From the NCBI GenBank assembly GCA_964545575.1, contig CAZJFL010000005.1, positions 8,617 through 72,616 on the forward strand: a stretch of DNA of 64,000 nucleotides, given 5' to 3'. The notes beneath the pieces were generated by a model that was not told where the DNA came from, did no database searches, and saw only the letters and a list, made by a program, of their open reading frames with translations. Positions 49,093 to 57,542 of the stretch are shown in pieces (the first letter of the stretch is position 1; each line of letters opens with the position of its first letter). Source of the stretch: an uncultured Planctomycetales bacterium (GTDB lineage Bacteria; Omnitrophota; Gorgyraeia; Gygaellales; Profunditerraquicolaceae). The position numbers and the translations under genes were made by a program.

Positions 49093-50394
49093 ATGAACAT
49101 CTCTATTATAGGTTCGGGTTATGTGGGTTTAGTCACCGGCACCTGCCTTGCGGAGCTGGGCAATAAAGTCGTCTGTTGCGATAACGACATAAAAAAGATC
49201 ACGGCTCTTAAAAAAGGCATGATGCCGATATATGAGCCGGGATTGGAAGAATTGGTGAGAGCCAATGTGAAAAAGAAAAAGCTCTCCTTTACCCACAGTT
49301 TTAAAGAAGCGGTCGCTAATTCCGAGCTGATTTTTATTGCCGTGGGCACGCCCTCCCTGGAGAACGGCGATGCCGACCTGACCGGAATAGAAAATGTGAC
49401 GCGTAATATCGCCATCAATATGACCGGTTACAGGCTAATCGTGGAAAAATCCACGGTCCCGGCCGAGACCGGAGAGCGCATTAAACAGACCGTATCCAGT
49501 CACCTGCAGAAGAGAGTAAAATTTGACGTTGCCTCAAATCCGGAGTTTCTGCGGGAGGGGCAGGCAATCAATGATTTTATGCATCCGGACAGGATTGTGA
49601 TCGGCGTAGAATCCAAAAAGGCCAGGGATATGCTGGTAAGCCTTTATAAGCCTTTAAATGCGCGCCTGGTGATAACCGACATTAAGTCCGCAGAGTTGAT
49701 AAAACATGCCTCCAATTCTTTCTTAGCTACCAAGGTCTCCTTTATTAATGCCATTGCGCGTATCTGCGATAAGCTGGGAGCGGATGTGCAGGAAGTAGCA
49801 GAGGGCATGGGATTAGATAAAAGGATAGGGCAGGCATTTTTAAACGCCGGAATCGGATACGGGGGAGCTTGTTTCCCCAAAGATTTAGATGCCTTTATCT
49901 ATATCTGTAAAAGACTAGGTTATGATTTTGAATTGCTGAAAGCAACCAGGGAAATTAACCGCCAGCAGAAGAACGAGTTTTTAAACAAGATACACGATGG
50001 GCTATGGGTAATTAAAGATAAGGCTATCGGCGTCTTGGGGCTCGCTTTTAAACCCAACACCGACGACATACGCAATGCCCCGTCTCTGGATATAATAGAT
50101 GCCTTAATCGCGCAAGGCGCCAGATTAAAGGTTTACGACCCTCAGGCAATGAAAAAAACTAGAGGCCTGTTGGGTGAAAGGGTGAAGTTTTGCCGTGATC
50201 CCTACGAGGTATGCCGGGGGAGCGAATGCCTCTTAGTTATTACGGAGTGGGATGAGTTTAAGGAGTTGGATTTTTCTAAAGTCAAAAAATTGCTCAAGAG
50301 GCCGTTGGTTATCGACGGCCGCAATATTTATGACCGTAAGATCATGAAAAAATTAGGGTTTACTTATATCACTATGGGCAGGGGGGAAACCTAA
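49093..50394 (+). CDS. ugd: UDP-glucose 6-dehydrogenase
   Basis: GSGYVGL, PIYEPGL, KSTVP, NPEFLREG, GYGGACFPKD, FKPNTDD; start at ATG 49093. Confidence 0.92.
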   Translation: MNISIIGSGYVGLVTGTCLAELGNKVVCCDNDIKKITALKKGMMPIYEPGLEELVRANVKKKKLSFTHSFKEAVANSELIFIAVGTPSLENGDADLTGIENVTRNIAINMTGYRLIVEKSTVPAETGERIKQTVSSHLQKRVKFDVASNPEFLREGQAINDFMHPDRIVIGVESKKARDMLVSLYKPLNARLVITDIKSAELIKHASNSFLATKVSFINAIARICDKLGADVQEVAEGMGLDKRIGQAFLNAGIGYGGACFPKDLDAFIYICKRLGYDFELLKATREINRQQKNEFLNKIHDGLWVIKDKAIGVLGLAFKPNTDDIRNAPSLDIIDALIAQGARLKVYDPQAMKKTRGLLGERVKFCRDPYEVCRGSECLLVITEWDEFKELDFSKVKKLLKRPLVIDGRNIYDRKIMKKLGFTYITMGRGET

Positions 50395-50404
50395 AAGGAA
50401 TAGT

Positions 50405-51715
50405 ATGGCTAACTTTATGAAAAGTTTCTTAAAAAGGTTAAAGAAAAAAGAGGTTAAAATTGCCGTGGTGGGCTTAGGCTATGTGGGGTTGCCGCTGGTG
50501 CTCGAGTTTATAAAAAAAGGGTTTTACGTATTGGGGGTAGATCTAGATAAAGACAGGATAGCCGGGATTCAACAGAGGAAATCATACATTACCGATGTTT
50601 CCGACACGGATTTGCGAAAAGCCATAGCAAGCGGAAGGTTTCGTGCTACGGGAGATTTTCATTTGTTAAAGCAGGTTGATGTAATTCTTATCTGTGTGCC
50701 TACGCCGCTAAAAAGAAAATATCTTCCGGATATATCTTTTATCAAAGGCGCCGTCAGAGAAATCTTGGTAAATATGAAACAGGGCGCTTTGATTATTCTG
50801 GAAAGCACCACCTATCCCGGCACCACCGAAGAGGTCATCCTGCCTTTGCTTGAATCGCGCGGCTCTCAGCACGGTAGGGATTTTTATCTCTGTTTCTCTC
50901 CCGAGAGGATAGACCCGGGAAACGCCAAATACCCGCCCCAGAAGATCCCCAAAGTTATCGGCGGCATTAATCAGGAAGCGACTACGCTAGGAAAAGCAGT
51001 TTACGCAAGTATCATTAAACAAGTCGTTCCCGTATCTTCTTCCCGGGTTGCCGAAACAGTGAAGTTACTGGAAAACACCTTCCGTATCGTTAATATCGGC
51101 TTAATCGATGAAATAGCGATGATGGCGCATAAAATGAAGATAGATATCTGGGAAGTGGTCGAGGCGGCCAAAACTAAACCTTTTGGTTTTATGCCTTTTT
51201 ATCCCGGCCCCGGCGTGGGCGGCCACTGCATACCAAAAGACCCGCTCTACCTTTATTGGAAGGCGAAAAGGTTCGGCTTCCGGTCGCGTTTTATCAAGCT
51301 CGCCTCCGAGGTAATCGCCGCTATGCCCGAATATGTGGTAGAGAGGGTCGCTAGTATTTTGAGTAAAGAAAGGATAAGCCTGGCTCAAGCCGAGATTCTG
51401 GTCTTAGGGGTAACCTATAAGAAAGATATCAAAGATTTGCGTCAGTCTCCGTCCATAGATATTATTGAAATATTAGAAAAGAAGGGCGTATCCGTTTCTT
51501 ACCATGATCCGCTGATCCCGTATCTCAAATTAAACCGCATAAATCTTAAATCCGCCGATTTAACCGCTGCCAATCTTAATAAGTTGGACTTTGTGATTAT
51601 CGCCACCGATCACACTTCGGTCGATTACAGATTTATATTAAAGCATTCGCGGCGGGTCTTTGATACCCGTAATGTCTATAAAAATATTAATCAGGGAAGA
51701 GTCTTTAGGCTATGA
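50405..51715 (+). CDS. UDP-N-acetylhexosamine dehydrogenase (WbpA/WecC family)
   Basis: GLGYVGLPL, ESTTYPGTT, SPERIDPG, KLLENTFR, GVGGHCIP.DP. Confidence 0.9.
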   Translation: MANFMKSFLKRLKKKEVKIAVVGLGYVGLPLVLEFIKKGFYVLGVDLDKDRIAGIQQRKSYITDVSDTDLRKAIASGRFRATGDFHLLKQVDVILICVPTPLKRKYLPDISFIKGAVREILVNMKQGALIILESTTYPGTTEEVILPLLESRGSQHGRDFYLCFSPERIDPGNAKYPPQKIPKVIGGINQEATTLGKAVYASIIKQVVPVSSSRVAETVKLLENTFRIVNIGLIDEIAMMAHKMKIDIWEVVEAAKTKPFGFMPFYPGPGVGGHCIPKDPLYLYWKAKRFGFRSRFIKLASEVIAAMPEYVVERVASILSKERISLAQAEILVLGVTYKKDIKDLRQSPSIDIIEILEKKGVSVSYHDPLIPYLKLNRINLKSADLTAANLNKLDFVIIATDHTSVDYRFILKHSRRVFDTRNVYKNINQGRVFRL

Positions 51716-52665
51716 AGAAAGTTTTAGTTACCGGAGGCGCAGGGTTCATCGGTTCGCACTTGACCGAGGCTTTAGTGAAAAGAGGCTATTCTGTCAGGGT
51801 CTTGGATAATTTCTCAAGCGGTAAAAGAGATAACCTAAAAGGCCTGATAAATAAAATAGATTTAATCAGGGGCGATATTCGTTCTCTCGCCGTCTGCCAG
51901 AGAGCGGCAGGAGGCATAGACCTGATTTTTCATCAGGCGGCTCTGCGCAGCGTCCCTAAGTCGCTGGCTCATCCGGCAGAATATAATGAAGTCAATATCC
52001 AGGGCACTTTAAACCTATTGCAGGCAGCGGTTAAAAATAAGGCGAAACATTTCATCTTTGCTTCCTCCAGCTCCGTCTATGGAGATGTCAAAACTTTTCC
52101 CGAAAAGGAAGATTTTGTTCCGCAGCCGATCTCTCCTTACGCCCTGACCAAGCTTACCGGAGAATATTATTGCCGGATGTTTAGTTATCACTACCGCTTG
52201 CCTACGGTGGCTTTAAGGTACTTCAATGTGTTCGGGCCCCGGCAGTCTTTAGACGACGAGTATGCCGTGGTCATACCGAAGTTTATCAGCTGCATGTTAA
52301 AAAACGAGCCGCCTCCGATATTCGGCACAGGCAGGCAGTCAAGGGATTTTACCTACGTAGAAAATGTGGTGCAGGCCAATATTCTGGCAGCGGCCAAGAC
52401 CGGGCTTAAGGGAGAGGTTTTTAATATCGCCGGCGGCAGGGACTACAGTATCTTAGAGTTAGTCAGGATACTCAACAGTATAATGGGTAAAAAAATAAAA
52501 CCGGTTTTCTTAGGCCTGCGTCCGGGGGATGTATTCAGGACTCAGGCGGATTTAACCAAGGTAAGGCGGGTTTTAGGTTTTCAGCCGAAGGTGGATTTTA
52601 TTAGCGGGCTGGAATCATCCATTAATTCGCAGACGCTGATAGATAAGCAAAATGAGGGACGCTAA
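51712..52665 (+). CDS. NAD-dependent UDP-hexose/HexNAc 4-epimerase (WbpP-like SDR)
   Basis: [41 protein letters not shown]; tail overlaps a palindromic element. Confidence 0.88.
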   Translation: MKKVLVTGGAGFIGSHLTEALVKRGYSVRVLDNFSSGKRDNLKGLINKIDLIRGDIRSLAVCQRAAGGIDLIFHQAALRSVPKSLAHPAEYNEVNIQGTLNLLQAAVKNKAKHFIFASSSSVYGDVKTFPEKEDFVPQPISPYALTKLTGEYYCRMFSYHYRLPTVALRYFNVFGPRQSLDDEYAVVIPKFISCMLKNEPPPIFGTGRQSRDFTYVENVVQANILAAAKTGLKGEVFNIAGGRDYSILELVRILNSIMGKKIKPVFLGLRPGDVFRTQADLTKVRRVLGFQPKVDFISGLESSINSQTLIDKQNEGR

Positions 52666-52705
52666 AACTTACGTCACTTCGTTCCGTAAGTTTTCTGCTC
52701 ATTAA
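52622..52705. repeat. Palindromic element, copy 2 (TTAATTCGCA...TCACTTCGTTC...TGCTCATTAA) with internal insert
   Basis: Stem AAAACTTACG (52664-73) / CGTAAGTTTT (52685-94); insert bounded by GACGCT repeats at 52632 and 52658. Confidence 0.8.
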
Positions 52706-52707
52706 AA

Positions 52708-53640
52708 ATGCCTAAGAAAACAGCGGTGATTACCGGCGGGGCAGGCTTTATCGGTTCGCATTTATGCGACAGATTGCTTGACGCAGGTTTTAAGGTTATC
52801 TGCCTGGATAATCTGATCACCGGAAGCTTAAAAAATATAAAACACCTCTTAAGCCGCAAGGATTTTATTTTTATAAAACATAATGTGACAAAATATATTA
52901 GCCTTGCGGGCAAAGTTGACTATGTCCTGCATTTTGCCTCACCCGCTTCGCCCGATGACTATTTAAAATACCCCATCCAGACTTTAAAGGTGGGCTCCCT
53001 GGGCACGCATAATGCCTTAGGATTAGCCAAAGCCAAAAAAGCCAAGTTTCTGCTCGCTTCTACCTCGGAAGTCTACGGCGACCCGCTCGCGCACCCGCAG
53101 GCAGAAAGTTACTGGGGGCATGTCAATCCTGTAGGGGTACGCGGATGTTACGATGAGTCAAAACGCTTTGCCGAAGCAATCACCATGGCCTATCAGAGAA
53201 CCCACAAGCTGGATACCAGGATAGCCAGGATTTTTAACACCTACGGCCCGCGCATGCGTATTCACGACGGAAGGGTGGTGCCTAATTTTATTTATCAGGC
53301 CTTAAATAATAGGCCCTTGACGGTATACGGAACGGGAAAACAGACGCGCAGTTTCTGCTACGTAGAGGATTTAATTACGGGTTTGCTGGAGTTGATGAAA
53401 AGCCCCCTGAATACGCCGATAAATTTGGGCAATCCCGAAGAGTTTACGGTTTTAGCCTTAGCCAAACTGGTGATTAAATTAACCTGCGCCGGGAGCAAGC
53501 TTGTATTTAAAAGCCTGCCGCAGGATGACCCGCGCCAGCGCCAGCCGGATATTACTCAAGCCAGAAGACTCCTTAAATGGCGCCCTAAGGTTAAATTAGA
53601 AGCGGGGCTCAAGAAAACTATTGCCTGGTTTTCGCTCTAA
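52708..53640 (+). CDS. UDP-glucuronate decarboxylase (UDP-xylose synthase family)
   Basis: [56 protein letters not shown]. Confidence 0.92.
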   Translation: MPKKTAVITGGAGFIGSHLCDRLLDAGFKVICLDNLITGSLKNIKHLLSRKDFIFIKHNVTKYISLAGKVDYVLHFASPASPDDYLKYPIQTLKVGSLGTHNALGLAKAKKAKFLLASTSEVYGDPLAHPQAESYWGHVNPVGVRGCYDESKRFAEAITMAYQRTHKLDTRIARIFNTYGPRMRIHDGRVVPNFIYQALNNRPLTVYGTGKQTRSFCYVEDLITGLLELMKSPLNTPINLGNPEEFTVLALAKLVIKLTCAGSKLVFKSLPQDDPRQRQPDITQARRLLKWRPKVKLEAGLKKTIAWFSL

Positions 53641-53654
53641 TCCCCTCCGCAGAA

Positions 53655-53747
53655 ATCCCCAGGCTTTAGCCTGAGGATGAATGTACAGCGGAGAATTATT
53701 TCTGCTACAGGGAGGGAACCCCGGCCTTTAGGGCGAGGGGGTTCCAC
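53655..53747. mobile_element. Probable non-autonomous IS200/IS605-type remnant (two end hairpins, no ORF)
   Basis: ATCCCCAGGC-TTTA-GCCTGAGGAT and GGAACCCCGGCC-TTTA-GGGCGAGGGGGTTCC; CTTTAG-loop hairpins resemble IS200/IS605 subterminal palindromes. Confidence 0.55.
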
Positions 53748-53766
53748 ATTTTTCGGCCTTGCGAGT

Positions 53767-53795
53767 TTGCATTGGGGTAGAGGGCATGTTATACT
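53767..53795 (+). promoter_or_regulatory. Putative promoter (TTGCAT-17-TATACT, extended TG)
   Basis: Read directly; would start a transcript near 53802. Confidence 0.6.
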
Positions 53796-53801
53796 TTATA
53801 T

Positions 53802-53946
53802 AGAAATCATCCATTATTTAAGAATAGGCAGGGCAATGTTTTTATAAGTTAAATTAAGCGGTAAAATTAACCTATTCTTCACCCTTATAACAGTAAGGGC
53901 GGGCTTTAGTTACAGATAAAGCCGTAATGGAAGAATAGGTTTTTTA
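53802..53946 (+). ncRNA. Candidate structured ncRNA or attenuator upstream of pilin 1
   Basis: Several perfect stems with an alternative pairing and a terminal U-run (see findings). Confidence 0.45.
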
Positions 53947-53947
53947 T

Positions 53948-53976
53948 TTGACAAAAGGCAAAATGGGTGGTATAAA
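53948..53976 (+). promoter_or_regulatory. Promoter of pilin 1 (TTGACA-17-TATAAA, extended TG)
   Basis: Same TTGACAAA...GGTGGTATAAATA core as at 54419-54447. Confidence 0.75.
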
Positions 53977-54004
53977 TAGAAAAAAGGGAGGAGGTTTATT
54001 ATAA

Positions 54005-54400
54005 ATGGGAAGAAAAAGAGGTTTTACGCTCGTAGAAATCATGATCGTAGTGGCGATTATCGCTTTGCTTGCTGCGATAGCAATACCTAACTTGCTTCAG
54101 GCAAGAAGGACTGCCAATGACGTAGCTGCCAAGGCCACCGTGCGCAGCCTTATGATTGCAGCCGAGGTATATTCCACTGCTCACAGCGGCCAATACCCAA
54201 ATACCACAACTCTGTTGGCCACATATATAACCTCAGCGCCTACCTATTGCCCAGGGCCATCACTAGTACAAGGTTTTACCTATTCCTGTACTTTGACTGT
54301 CGGGGGTTATAACGTTACTGCAGCTCCTTCGAACTTAAACGTGACAGGAACCACCACCTATTATGGTACCACAGGCGGAGTATTGATGCCGTTAACGTAA
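54005..54400 (+). CDS. Type IV pilin (major-pilin-like), copy 1
   Basis: KRG|FTLVEIMIVVAIIALLAAIAIPN prepilin motif; own promoter and SD GGAGGAGG. Confidence 0.92.
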   Translation: MGRKRGFTLVEIMIVVAIIALLAAIAIPNLLQARRTANDVAAKATVRSLMIAAEVYSTAHSGQYPNTTTLLATYITSAPTYCPGPSLVQGFTYSCTLTVGGYNVTAAPSNLNVTGTTTYYGTTGGVLMPLT

Positions 54401-54418
54401 GTTGTCTGCTCATTTTAC

Positions 54419-54447
54419 TTGACAAATCAGCAAGGAGGTGGTATAAA
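54419..54447 (+). promoter_or_regulatory. Promoter of pilin 2 (TTGACA-17-TATAAA, extended TG)
   Basis: Duplicate of the pilin 1 promoter core. Confidence 0.75.
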
Positions 54448-54604
54448 TAATTTTAATAATAAGGCGACTGGCGTTTTTTTGAGGGGGTTTCTTATCGCAG
54501 GTTGGAACAGGTAGTTATATATACATAGATTCAAAAAGATAAGAAGCCGATAAAGAAAAGCGCTAAAAAAGTCAATCTTACCTTAGAGAGGAGGCTTATT
54601 ACAA

Positions 54605-55003
54605 ATGAGAAAAAAAAGAGGTTTTACACTCGTAGAAATCATGATCGTAGTGGCGATTATCGCTCTTTTGGCAGCCATAGCAATTCCTAACTTGCTTCAG
54701 GCAAGAAGGACTGCTAATGACGTAGCTGCCAAGGCCACCGTGCGCAGCCTTATAGTTGCAGCCGAGACATATTCTACTGCTAACAGCGGCCAATACCCAA
54801 ATACCACAACTCTGTTACAGACATATATAACCTCAGCGCCTACCTATTGCCCAGGGCCATCACTAGTACAAGGTTTTACCTATTCCTGTACTTTGACTGT
54901 CGGGGGTTATAACGTTACTGCAGCTCCTTCGAACTTAAACGTGACAGGAACCACCACCTATTATGGTACCACAGGCGGAGTATTGTCACCATTAACTCCG
55001 TAA
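54605..55003 (+). CDS. Type IV pilin (major-pilin-like), copy 2
   Basis: KRG|FTLVEIM motif; near-identical to copy 1. Confidence 0.92.
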   Translation: MRKKRGFTLVEIMIVVAIIALLAAIAIPNLLQARRTANDVAAKATVRSLIVAAETYSTANSGQYPNTTTLLQTYITSAPTYCPGPSLVQGFTYSCTLTVGGYNVTAAPSNLNVTGTTTYYGTTGGVLSPLTP

Positions 55004-55030
55004 AACAACTTGTTTGTAGCAAAGAATCAG

Positions 55031-55061
55031 AGAGGGGGAGAGTAAATCTCCCCCTTTTTTT
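55031..55061 (+). terminator. Intrinsic terminator after pilin 2
   Basis: AGGGGGAGA-GTAAA-TCTCCCCCT followed by a T-run. Confidence 0.85.
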
Positions 55062-55070
55062 AAATATTTT

Positions 55071-57032
55071 ATGTTAAACTTTAAAATTAAGTTATTCCTG
55101 TCGGTTTATCTTGCCATTGCCTGCCTATGCCTACTTTTTTACTGGGGCACACTACACAACCCTTTTATCCTGGATGACGGGGGGCTAATTATAAAAAATT
55201 CCTCAATCCTTGATTGGCATTATTGGGATAAGGCTTTTACCAGCGATATGCATTTCGGAAACATGGGCGGGGGCGGCTCTAATTTTTACCGGCCGGTACA
55301 GACACTCAGTTTCATGTGGGATTATCATTTCTGGCGCCTCAATCCTTTGGGCTACCATATTACCAATATCTTACTGCAAAGTATAGTTGCCTTCTTGGTT
55401 TTTCTGCTCGTCTATATGCTTTCTGATAAAATGCCCCTTGCTTTTGTAAGTTCTTTATTATTCGCCATTAACCCGTTGCATACAGAGGCGGTCACATATA
55501 TTTCCGGAAGAGCAGATATGCTTATGGCTGTATTTCTTTTACTTTCACTTTTATTGTTCATTAAAAGCGAAAACTCCGTGAAATATAGGAGGGCACTCTA
55601 TCTTTTATCTTCTTTATTATTATTTATTTTAGGGCTACTCTCCAAGGAGTTGGCTTTTATATTCCCTTTAGTTATACTTCTTTTTGTATTTATTTATAAA
55701 AGAAGCAATTTTAAGGACCCCTGGTATACGGCGCTGGTGATTTTTCCGTTTTTCGCGATTGATTTAATATATGCAATCACGAGGTATACGCTTTTACAAT
55801 TTAGTACCCTCTGGGTAGCGGAATTGAGCAGATATCCTTTGGTTTTAAGGATATATATGGTGCCAAAAGTATTTTTTACATATATCCGCCTGTTATTTTT
55901 CCCCGTCGGCTTGCATATGTCCTGGGGGCTGGCCGCGCCTGGCGGGATTATAGAGGTTGTCTTGTCGTGGTTTTTGTTAACAGTGTTCATAGGCGTAATC
56001 TGGCATATCTTATGCAAGTATAATAAGAAGGAAGGGTATTTTCTTTTTTGGTTGTTTTTTATATTTTTAGCCCCTCAGCTTGGGGTTTACCCTATCAATG
56101 CCTTTTTGGCAGAGCATTTCATTTATATTTCGTCAATAAGTTTCTTTGTGGCAATCTCGTATTTATTATTTAAATACTTAAGAAAAAGCTTATTATTTTT
56201 TTGCGTTTTAGCGCTATTACTGTTTTACGGAACCCTTACTTTAGCGCGCAATTACGAGTGGAGTAATCCGTTTATCTTTTATCAGGGTATCGTCAAATTT
56301 TCTCCGGATAGCTTCTTGGCCCACAATAACCTCGGCGTCCAGTATGCATATATAAATAAGGACGATTCTGCGATTGCTGAATTTAAGAAGGCAGTAAGGA
56401 TAAACCCTACCCGAATAGACGCCCGCTCTAATCTGGCTAAAGTTTATCAAAAGACAGGCAGATTCAAAGATGCCGAGAGTGAATATGCTGTACTTGAGAA
56501 AATCACGCCTTACGATAAAGCTGGCGAATTGCAGAATGAGATTGCTGTTTTATATGAAACCGAAGGCCATTTTGATAAGGCGCTTGATAGGTACAGGCTG
56601 GCATTACGTTTTAATCCGAGTATTTTTTTCCTACATTTTAACATTGCGCGCCTTACGGCAGATTCCGATAAAGCAGCCGGGGAAATAATAAAGTCATTAC
56701 AGCCGGTAGATTCCAATCAGCCTCCGGACAAAGCGCTTCTGGGAGCCGTAAAAAAATACATAAAAGAGTCAGGATACTCCGGCTGCGCTGTTTCTTTTTA
56801 TAATAATCTCGGTATAAATCTTGCTCAGGCAGGCTTTGATAAAGAGGCCATCCGTTCTTTTAAGAGGGTTTTGGAGTTATCTCCGGAATATGCTGATGCG
56901 CACTTTAATCTGGGGTTGACTTACTGGAACTGCGGGCGTAAACAAAAGGCAATATCGGAATTCAGGGTTGTATTGAAGATACAGCCACAGCACTATAAGG
57001 CAAGGGGGTTTCTTTATAATCTTGCCCGTTAG
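55071..57032 (+). CDS. TMTC-like GT-C membrane glycosyltransferase with C-terminal TPR repeats
   Basis: FILDD, FYRP, YHITNI, HTEAVTYISGRAD, LLSKE motifs; many TM helices; TPRs (AHNNLG, ARSNLA, AHFNLG). Confidence 0.85.
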   Translation: MLNFKIKLFLSVYLAIACLCLLFYWGTLHNPFILDDGGLIIKNSSILDWHYWDKAFTSDMHFGNMGGGGSNFYRPVQTLSFMWDYHFWRLNPLGYHITNILLQSIVAFLVFLLVYMLSDKMPLAFVSSLLFAINPLHTEAVTYISGRADMLMAVFLLLSLLLFIKSENSVKYRRALYLLSSLLLFILGLLSKELAFIFPLVILLFVFIYKRSNFKDPWYTALVIFPFFAIDLIYAITRYTLLQFSTLWVAELSRYPLVLRIYMVPKVFFTYIRLLFFPVGLHMSWGLAAPGGIIEVVLSWFLLTVFIGVIWHILCKYNKKEGYFLFWLFFIFLAPQLGVYPINAFLAEHFIYISSISFFVAISYLLFKYLRKSLLFFCVLALLLFYGTLTLARNYEWSNPFIFYQGIVKFSPDSFLAHNNLGVQYAYINKDDSAIAEFKKAVRINPTRIDARSNLAKVYQKTGRFKDAESEYAVLEKITPYDKAGELQNEIAVLYETEGHFDKALDRYRLALRFNPSIFFLHFNIARLTADSDKAAGEIIKSLQPVDSNQPPDKALLGAVKKYIKESGYSGCAVSFYNNLGINLAQAGFDKEAIRSFKRVLELSPEYADAHFNLGLTYWNCGRKQKAISEFRVVLKIQPQHYKARGFLYNLAR

Positions 57033-57058
57033 TTTCGCTTTAATTTTGTTAATTTTTC

Positions 57059-57087
57059 TTGCAGGGCGGTTCTTTTTGTATTAGAAT
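57059..57087 (+). promoter_or_regulatory. Putative promoter (TTGCAG-17-TAGAAT) of the minor pilin/pilMNOPQ operon
   Basis: Read directly in intergenic DNA. Confidence 0.45.
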
Positions 57088-57125
57088 ATAAACATATTGG
57101 AATATAATATAGTTAGGTTGATTTT

Positions 57126-57542
57126 ATGCAAAACATAAAAGCCCGCAGTTTTGTTTTAATCATGGTTATTATTGCCGCAACGGCTTTAATTTTAAGGTTT
57201 GCCATCGGTTGTATTATAAAAATGAATATCGCGCAGAACGAATCCAATGCCTCCGTAACTTTAAAATTCATTTCCGCAGCCCTGCAAAATTATGCCAGGG
57301 ACCACAACGGTAATTTTCCATCGGACCTGGCGTTGCTAGCGAATAATACCCCGCCTTATTTAGATGATGACGATGTTGCCAAATCGCCCGTAAAAGGGTA
57401 TAATTATGTTTGCGCAAGGCTTGAGCCGTCCGGCTACAGCTGTTCGGCAACGCCGCTTAAGTGCGGCCTGACCGGGACTGCGTCTTATACTATTTCCACA
57501 GGGGGCCTGATTGTTTCTGAAGAATGTAATAAAAAAGAATAG
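57126..57542 (+). CDS. Pilin-like protein with non-canonical prepilin motif
   Basis: KARS|FVLIMVII; globular part resembles pilins 1 and 2 (GY.Y.C, GY...A.P, TG...Y...TGG). Confidence 0.7.
   Translation: MQNIKARSFVLIMVIIAATALILRFAIGCIIKMNIAQNESNASVTLKFISAALQNYARDHNGNFPSDLALLANNTPPYLDDDDVAKSPVKGYNYVCARLEPSGYSCSATPLKCGLTGTASYTISTGGLIVSEECNKKE

Noticed and set aside
53802-54604. Known c-di-GMP-I/II riboswitch or tRNA in the pilin upstream regions
   Set aside because: I could not find the consensus motifs by eye; kept only as unclassified structured candidates.
54005-55003. Pilin pair as the template/variable repeat of a diversity-generating retroelement
   Set aside because: Differences are not confined to adenines, both copies are full genes with promoters, and no reverse transcriptase is in the window.
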